Part shown: piece by piece, positions 56,695 through 64,000 of the stretch
Numbering within the stretch: the first letter of the stretch is position 1
Layout of the letters: each line of letters starts with the position of its first letter
NCBI RefSeq assembly: GCF_009914755.1
Contig: NC_060927.1
Length of the DNA: 64,000 bases
From: the human T2T-CHM13v2.0 reference genome, Homo sapiens
Strand: one strand, 5' to 3'
Translations under genes and position numbers: made by a program
Notes under the pieces: model-generated
Databases searched by the model: none
Told to the model about the DNA's origin: nothing
What the model saw: only the letters and a program-made list of their open reading frames with translations

Positions 56695-57139
56695 TCACAT
56701 AACTAGGTGGCTTGAGAAGGGAATAAGATAAATAGGAAAACAAACATCAAACAAACTTTCCTAATAACAGTCATCCTGAGAAAGAGAATTGCACTCAATT
56801 AGAGAATATGTTAGTTTAAAATATGCTGCTTAAGTTTGTAGATTTTCTCTGTCTCTTTATGGCACTAAAATGGAGCTTCATTCATGTGGCCTTAGACTTG
56901 AAACTTAAATGTGGGAGGTTTGGTTATAGAAAGCAATAATACGTTTACCCAGGGAAGATTTTAAAATTCACATTTGCTCCTCATCTTTCTAATGTTGACA
57001 CACCACCCTGGCATATTATTTATGACCAAACAAAGAAAACCTTTCTTTTGTTTATGCCAAAAACAACTATGAAATTACCAAAACACTTTGCTGAGATAAG
57101 GATAGCTAAAATTATGTAACTATAATATACAATTTTAGA

Positions 57140-57250
57140 AAAGGGAAAAAAGGAAGGAAGGAAGGAAAGGGAAGGGAAAGGGAAGGGGAAGGGGGAGGGG
57201 AGGGGATGGAGGAATGAAAAAAGGGGCAGAGAGGAAGAGAAGAAGGCAAA
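57140..57250 (+). repeat. Purine-rich (GGAA/GGGA)n low-complexity tract
   Basis: Direct inspection. Confidence 0.85.
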
Positions 57251-58169
57251 TCTGAAAAGAAGAGACTGAGAATCATTAGTCTAATTTTAAAAATTTAAAA
57301 ATAGAAAACTGCTTTTATTGAAAAAGCCTTCCATAATGGCAGGTATAAAATGTTGATTACTTTATACTGGAAAGCATAAAAAGTTCAGGTCTTGTTAGTC
57401 TCATCAAGCATTGTCTTGTCTAATCGTTAAAGGCAAAATATTAGTAATGAAAAATAAGTAAGCCAAGTGACAGCTTTCCTCATGGTCACTCAGCAAATAC
57501 ATGCTTAGCCAATTTATACCATCTGCTACGTAAGAGTTAGAGCAGGGAATGAGGGATGGAAAAATCAGTGGTGAGATGTCAATAGGGAGAGGCCACTGAA
57601 AAAGAGAAAGGTTTCCAACTGTTACCAGACACATAACACAGGACCTGAGTGGTCACTCCCCATGAATTACAGATAGCTAAGAGAGAAATAGGAGTCAATG
57701 GAAAGCGAGAGTTGATAATCCTGGTTGGAAGCCCCACTGTTATATCCGTTAGTCTGCTGTACTTGAAGAAATAAATAAACACTGTAAAAATAACCCTTGG
57801 ATGAAAACCAAAGGTCTTCCAACACACAAATCAATACTGTTCAAAAAGGAGGAATTTTTGCTAAAAGCTGAGCCCTAAGAAGGGAAATTCTGTTGGTATA
57901 AGTGTGTCTGTTTTGTTGGTGTATTTGTTTTGATACTTTAGTTGGAGTCAATAATGGTAGGTATTAATACAAGTAGAATTTGTGATCCTTGTCTGGGTAC
58001 TTGAAACAAATCCTTTTTTAAAAAAAAGCATCATAACAATCCTTAATAGTAGATAACATGACAAGGAATGATTGAGGAAAACGTGGTCTACCAAATGGCA
58101 GAAGATAAAAATATCAGAGGTGAATAACCAATCACATGAATTAATATTAAAATGTCAAATTAGGAGTTA

Positions 58170-58625
58170 TGAAAAGTTTGGGGTTTTACCATAATTTTAA
58201 GCTTGCAAGTCAGTTAGCTCTTCAAAATTTCATAGATCCTGGCAGACAACAAAAGGCCTTGGAGTCAGAGAAAAAAGGGCAATAGCAAAAGCCAAGCCAC
58301 AGAAAGTCTTGTATCAATTCCTTATGCTCCAATTCTCCCATGGCGACACACTGAAGACAATGAGATGTCTGTGTCGTATAGTGGGGTTCATTACAAGAGG
58401 TGAACCCTGAGGGTAAGAAACCCTCATTTTATATGGAGACTGACCATGAACTTGCTTATTCTCCCCATCTAGAGAAGGACATTATCTTAATACCTTGGAA
58501 TACAGTTTAATCTTCTCTGGGAAAAGAGGAATATATGTACTTATAGAGAAGTGTAAGTAAATTTACTTCAGTTGGATCCACTGCCTCTATTTTCCCAAGG
58601 CCATGCCCTTGATACAATGTCAAAC
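58170..58625 (-). mobile_element. Degraded ERVL-class LTR (LTR53/MER74-like; uncertain)
   Basis: GGGGTTTTACC...GTTAGC...TTTCATAGATCCTGGCAGA...GAGTCAGAGAAAAAAGG resembles old ERVL LTR ends. Confidence 0.4.
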
Positions 58626-58682
58626 ATAAGAAAAGATAGTCTGAAGATAAATGGCTGGTAATACCAAATCACATAGAAACAA

Positions 58683-58688
58683 CACACA

Positions 58689-58721
<33 letters not shown>
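58683..58721. repeat. (CA)n microsatellite
   Basis: Direct inspection; one CC interruption. Confidence 0.95.
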
Positions 58722-58725
<4 letters not shown>

Positions 58726-59294
58726 ATATATATCACACATGTTTGACATAAATATTGACAAAATATAAGAGTACAAAAAACAGCAATGTAAATTCTCATT
58801 GTGCTAAAGGAGTTAAAATGGAAATTATTATCAAAGCCAAGAATATAGAGCACACATATAGAGTAGTGTATTAAATAACTTTAACACATGTTCATTATAA
58901 AATACATTCATTAAGAAAAAATTTAAAGCAATGATTGTTCTAATGGTTAGGAAAAACATATACACTCAATTATACTTTATATTTATATAAATAAGCTACC
59001 AAACTAAGGGTACAAATAAACAATATATTTAATAAAGCAACCTCAGTTTTGATATTATAATTATGATACAGTATTTTATGTTACATACATAACTTTATAT
59101 ATTAATATTTTAAGTGCAGATGAACAATTTTTAGTTTTATTATTGATTAGCGAACATTTTGATAAAGTTCAAATATATTTTGCAATGAGAATCTATAATG
59201 CTTGTGGGTTGAATGTTTAGATTGTAAATCTCAAATAAAAATAGCTGCTTTGAATGTGAAATTTGAAATTCTATGTATTGACAATTGTTTTCTT

Positions 59295-59604
59295 GGCCTC
59301 GTGCGATGGCTCACACCTGTAATCCCAGCACTTTGGGAGGCCAAAGCTAGCTGATCACATGAGCCTAGGAGTTCAAGACCAGCCGGGGTAACATAGCGAA
59401 ACCCCGTCTCTAAAAAAAATACAAAATATTCTCTGGGCATGGTGGCACAGGTGTGTAGTTCTAGCTACTTGGGAGGCTGCGGTGGGAGAATCATCTAAGC
59501 CTGGGAGAGGCTACAGTGAGCCATGATTATGCCACTTCATCCCAGTCTGAATGACAGAGCAAGACACTGTCTCAAAAAAAAATTAAATTAAATAATAAAT
59601 AAAA
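59295..59604 (+). mobile_element. AluJb-like
   Basis: GATCACATGAGCCTAGGAGTTCAAG, GGCTACAGTGAGCCATGAT; TSD TGA(C/G)AATTGTTTT(C/A)TT. Confidence 0.9.
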
Positions 59605-60721
59605 TGAGAATTGTTTTATTGTTGGCATTCTTTTATCCCAGAGAAGCAGATGCTTTCATATTAAATATGAGCTTAATTCAGCATTGCTATAGCTAGTTAT
59701 TCCTTACTGAGTATGTTGTCTACATAGTGTATGTTGGGGAAATTTAGAAATGCTAATATAAAGAAGAAGTAAAATATTTATGAATAGGATGGAGAACAGT
59801 TCACAATTTAGTTACCTTTCTGCCTTGTCATGAAGCTTTTCATCCTAATTGTTTTAGGAATAAGAAGAAAACAATATTAATGTTGAGTCTATAATGACTC
59901 TTTGCTAAGCAGACTAATTATATTAGAGATAGAGTAATTAAGATAATTTATTGTACTTTAATATTTGACAATAGGAAATGCTCTTAATGAATTCATTTAC
60001 AGTAATAATCAGATGGATTTAATTCTCTTTTATTAGTAAAACTTGTGATTGGCAGGGATTCCATGCTACGCAAAGGACTCTCCTATAATATTCCTGAGAA
60101 ATGAAGGCCATTGTATTTGCCTGATTGAGTGATTCCAGTGGTAGAGATCGCTTTCATCCAGGAGTACAAATTCTTCAAATTCTGCATAATTGTAAACTGA
60201 TATATTTTTATTGTTATATTTGACTAATATATTATTTGGTACTAGTGTATTACTTCTAAAAAGAATTTTAGTATACAGTAATCTACTCCATTTTTTGCAA
60301 ATAAGAAAGTGTTCTAACATTATCTAGTTAGTTGCAGTCCCAGGCCAGAATTCATATTTTTTGGTTTCAGTGTTTTCTTCAGTGTGCCAGCCAGTTAGAT
60401 AAAAAATTCTAGTCTTACATCCCTTACTACTTCTGCTATAGGACTGGCTAACCCAAAATATCTGGGATAGATGTTGATTTAAAATATAAAGAAGAAATAT
60501 TTATAAAGTGAAGTGATGGATAAATCGAACCTTTATTTACCTTGAACTTGATTTACCACCTGAGGAACAAATTGAGTATTTATTTAATTTGAACTTGATT
60601 TATTACCTAAAATAGAGGGGGAGAGCAATGTTTTTGAGTCTGTGATTGAAATATTTATAATGTGAAAAACTTTACTGCTTGAAGATAAATAATGATTTGG
60701 TACAATATAAAAGGGTGTTCC

Positions 60722-61103
<382 letters not shown>

Positions 61104-62319
61104 TTAATATCAATTTTATTCTGATGTTCATTAATTGTCCATTTGTTTCAAATAAATAATCACAATGTCTTCAAAGCAGGAAAGCAGGCTGCCATTCATC
61201 TATGGGATTAATTATATATATTCTTGATTCTCCACTGTTTCTTGCTCCAATCGGAATTATCAGTATAAATCTCAATAACCTCAAGTGAGAGTTTACATCT
61301 GAGAGCCTTTGATTGCACTTGAGCAGTGTGAACAGGCAGCCTGGATAGATGTTTTCTGTAGACCTGCTGTTCTCCATATGCTTCTTTGCTAGGATCTAAT
61401 TCCTATTGCGGGGATTATCATCTGTTGCCAGGATATCATGAATGAGTAGATGATTCTAATCAACCCCCAAAACCACATAGTTACAACCTTTTCTACATCA
61501 GTAAAACTGATCAGAAAAAAAGGTTTTATTGTAAAGTAGTGTTTAAAAAGTAAAATGTGTTTAAATGTATTTTGTGAATTCCTATTAAAGGTAGCTCACG
61601 CCATTTGCTTAGAACTTATATACCTGTAGTGTTCAACTAAATCTTAATTATTTGTCATACTATTAAAGAGAAGCACATAATTGCTTATTCCTTCCAACAT
61701 TATATTTCTAAATCTAAATTATCAGTTGCATGGATTATCAAGGTAATTGTAAAAATTAATTTTGTACATTTGTCATAAGTCTATTTTAATGACTACATTT
61801 GTTCTTTTAAAATCCAGTGGTCTAAACCATTTTACAGGTCAGTTTAAGTACCTTACACAAAAACTACTCAAGAATAACTTTAAAATCATGTCTTTAGTAT
61901 AAATGCACAAACTTGGAAAGGTCAAGGAACAGAGCTAAGCTTGGAAAGTGCTAAAAGAAATCAAGTGCGCTAGGAAAGCACTGGAGCAGAACAAGATGAT
62001 GCTCAGATAGAGTGGGTAAAGCTCAACTAGATTAGAAGCCCAGCTAAGCTAACAGAGAATGGTGCTGTGCTCAAAGTTTCTAGGGAAACTTAGAATCTGT
62101 TAACAAAATTCATTATCAGTTCCTGTACCTACAAACGGACCCTAGCTATTTCAAGTCCATCTGTGAACTCTCCGGACATTAAGAGAACCATTGCTGAAAT
62201 ATAAGAGTGATGGGTTAATTAGGGGAAAAAATCAGTATGCTAGTTTTATCAGGCTATTGTTTTCCGATTTCTTTTTTCAAAATTATGTTATGTAAATCTC
62301 TACTTCCAGCTATAAAACA

Positions 62320-64000
62320 TTAAAAGCTACTTGATAAGCCCTACTATTGTAAACGACATTTAAAATAGACAACATATATTAGGCAGTTCTTTTCAGACAT
62401 CGGACAACAGATAGTTTAAGTTTATAATCCATGATAGGAAGAAAATGCATGTGGTTAGCCAAATGATCAGACTTGCTCCATGCTGCATTCAACTAGAGTT
62501 CAAAAAAGAACCATGGTGGTCCCCTGAGTAAAAGATCAGAAGTTAGAATGCAGAGAAGCAGAAGCAACTGGAAACTTCAGGGCTGTTCCCTAGAGAGAGG
62601 GTAGGCAAGTGGGAAACCTCACATATTATTTGGAGAGTTCCCCCATAAATCCATGGATGACAGTTACATTGCGTATGCACAAGGGAAATCTTCAGGTTTA
62701 TCACAGAGGGTATCAATTTATCAAACCTACTGTAGGTTTGAGAGACAAGCAAATGTACTAGAGGTCAAACAGTGCTGAGAGATTCTATATTTTGTGGTTC
62801 ATTCAGAGTGAAATAGTATGTTTATAACAAAAGGCATCTGACTAAGACCTGGTTTATATGTAAGAATCAAATAACCACAAGTAAAAATGCATCTACACCT
62901 GCTCTAAAAGGGCCTAAAGCCAAAGCTTCACAAGGTGTTCACAGAAGACAGAGATTGCAGTTTGAATCATGTCAAATTAGAAGGGCTTTGAAAACACTTT
63001 GGACTTTCTGTACAACTTCCCTAACAAACTCTCAATTTAAGCACACAAAACATCAACGTCATTAGCCAGTAATTCAACTACCTACTAGAACTAAAATCAA
63101 CATATGTCACAGGAAATTAGCACACTGCAGTTTCTACAATAGGTAATCGGTAACATAAAGCATAGAATAAAAATTATTAAACCTACAAAGAAAGCTGAAA
63201 ATGTGATTCAGACACCAAAACTAAAGCAGTATAAAAAAAGTTCTGAAAAGACATGGATTTTGAACCTAGCAGACAATGATTTAAAATCAGCTATTGATAA
63301 ATATGTTCACAAACTTTAAAAATATGATCTTAATGAATAAACAGAAAAAGGAGTTCAGCAAAGAAACAGACACTATAAATAAACAACCAAAGAGAAATTC
63401 TTTAATTGAAGCGTATCATAACTAAAATGAACAATTCACTGGGTAAGTATTGACAGAGTACAGACTCGGAGAACTTCAAAAGTTATCAGAGTGAAAGATC
63501 CAATCCGAACATAAACAAAATTGAAGAAAATTAACAGAGAATCAAGAAATCTATGATATAAGGCCCAAAGTTTAACATACCTGTAACCGAAATCCTAAAA
63601 GGAGAATAAAATGGGACTAGGGCAGAAAAAAGATTTGAAGATATACTACCTAAAGTTTTCCAAAATTTGAAGGAAAAAAAACAAACTATTATACAGATTC
63701 AGGAAGCTTAGTGATCTCTTAGAAGAATGCAGAGAAAACCATACCTAATTACATCACAGTAAAATCCATAAAAAACAAAGACGAAAAGAAAAGGCCAAAC
63801 TGGCTTCAACGTGGTATATTAAAATTAAATATACAAGTATAAAAGAGTAGTTGATTATTCATCGAAGCAATGAAGGCTAGAGATAATGGTTCAACATTAT
63901 TTAAATACTGAAAGTGGAGAAAAAACACTTCTTTTCCATCAACTCAAAAACAAACTCCTTACTGATTTTATCATATATTTAATTGGTTATTCCAGTACAT
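62320..64000 (+). mobile_element. Ancient L1M (MC/ME) 5' region and ORF1 remnant
   Basis: TAGCAGACAATGATTTAAAATCAGCTAT, AAATGAACAATTCACTGG, CAGATTCAGGAAGCTTAG, ACCTAATTACATCACAGTAAAA in ORF1 order. Confidence 0.7.

Noticed and set aside
57140-57250. Purine tract as functional triplex/G4 element
   Set aside because: Common low-complexity repeat; nothing here supports function.

Overview
AT-rich, repeat-dense primate (catarrhine, probably hominoid/human) genomic DNA with intergenic or deep-intronic character. I find no host protein-coding gene, RNA gene, CpG island or CRISPR-like array. The ORFs I could assign are LINE-1 ORF2, Alu, THE1-int or ERV remnants; the rest look like chance ORFs. The window is a nested stack of retroelements: about 12 Alus, many L1s, MaLR LTRs, a THE1A provirus, a decayed class-I ERV with env/integrase remnants, an ERVL-class gag remnant, MER4 LTRs and a MER44 DNA transposon. 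I see no new biological system. The most informative signals are mechanistic fossils: (1) an apparent L1PB1 3' transduction of ~750 bp of foreign DNA with a twin-priming inversion inside a perfect 15-bp TSD (40688-42340); (2) a micro-inversion with a ~40-bp inverted duplication that flips the 5' end of a MER4A LTR (16406-16633); (3) a twin-primed L1PA (17283-20944); (4) a tail-less L1PA internal fragment patched into an ERVL gag (34158-34626); (5) a trimeric Alu from a 134-bp internal duplication; (6) several small fold-back or templated-insertion scars. Subfamily names come from remembered consensus motifs, not a database run, and old-element boundaries are approximate.
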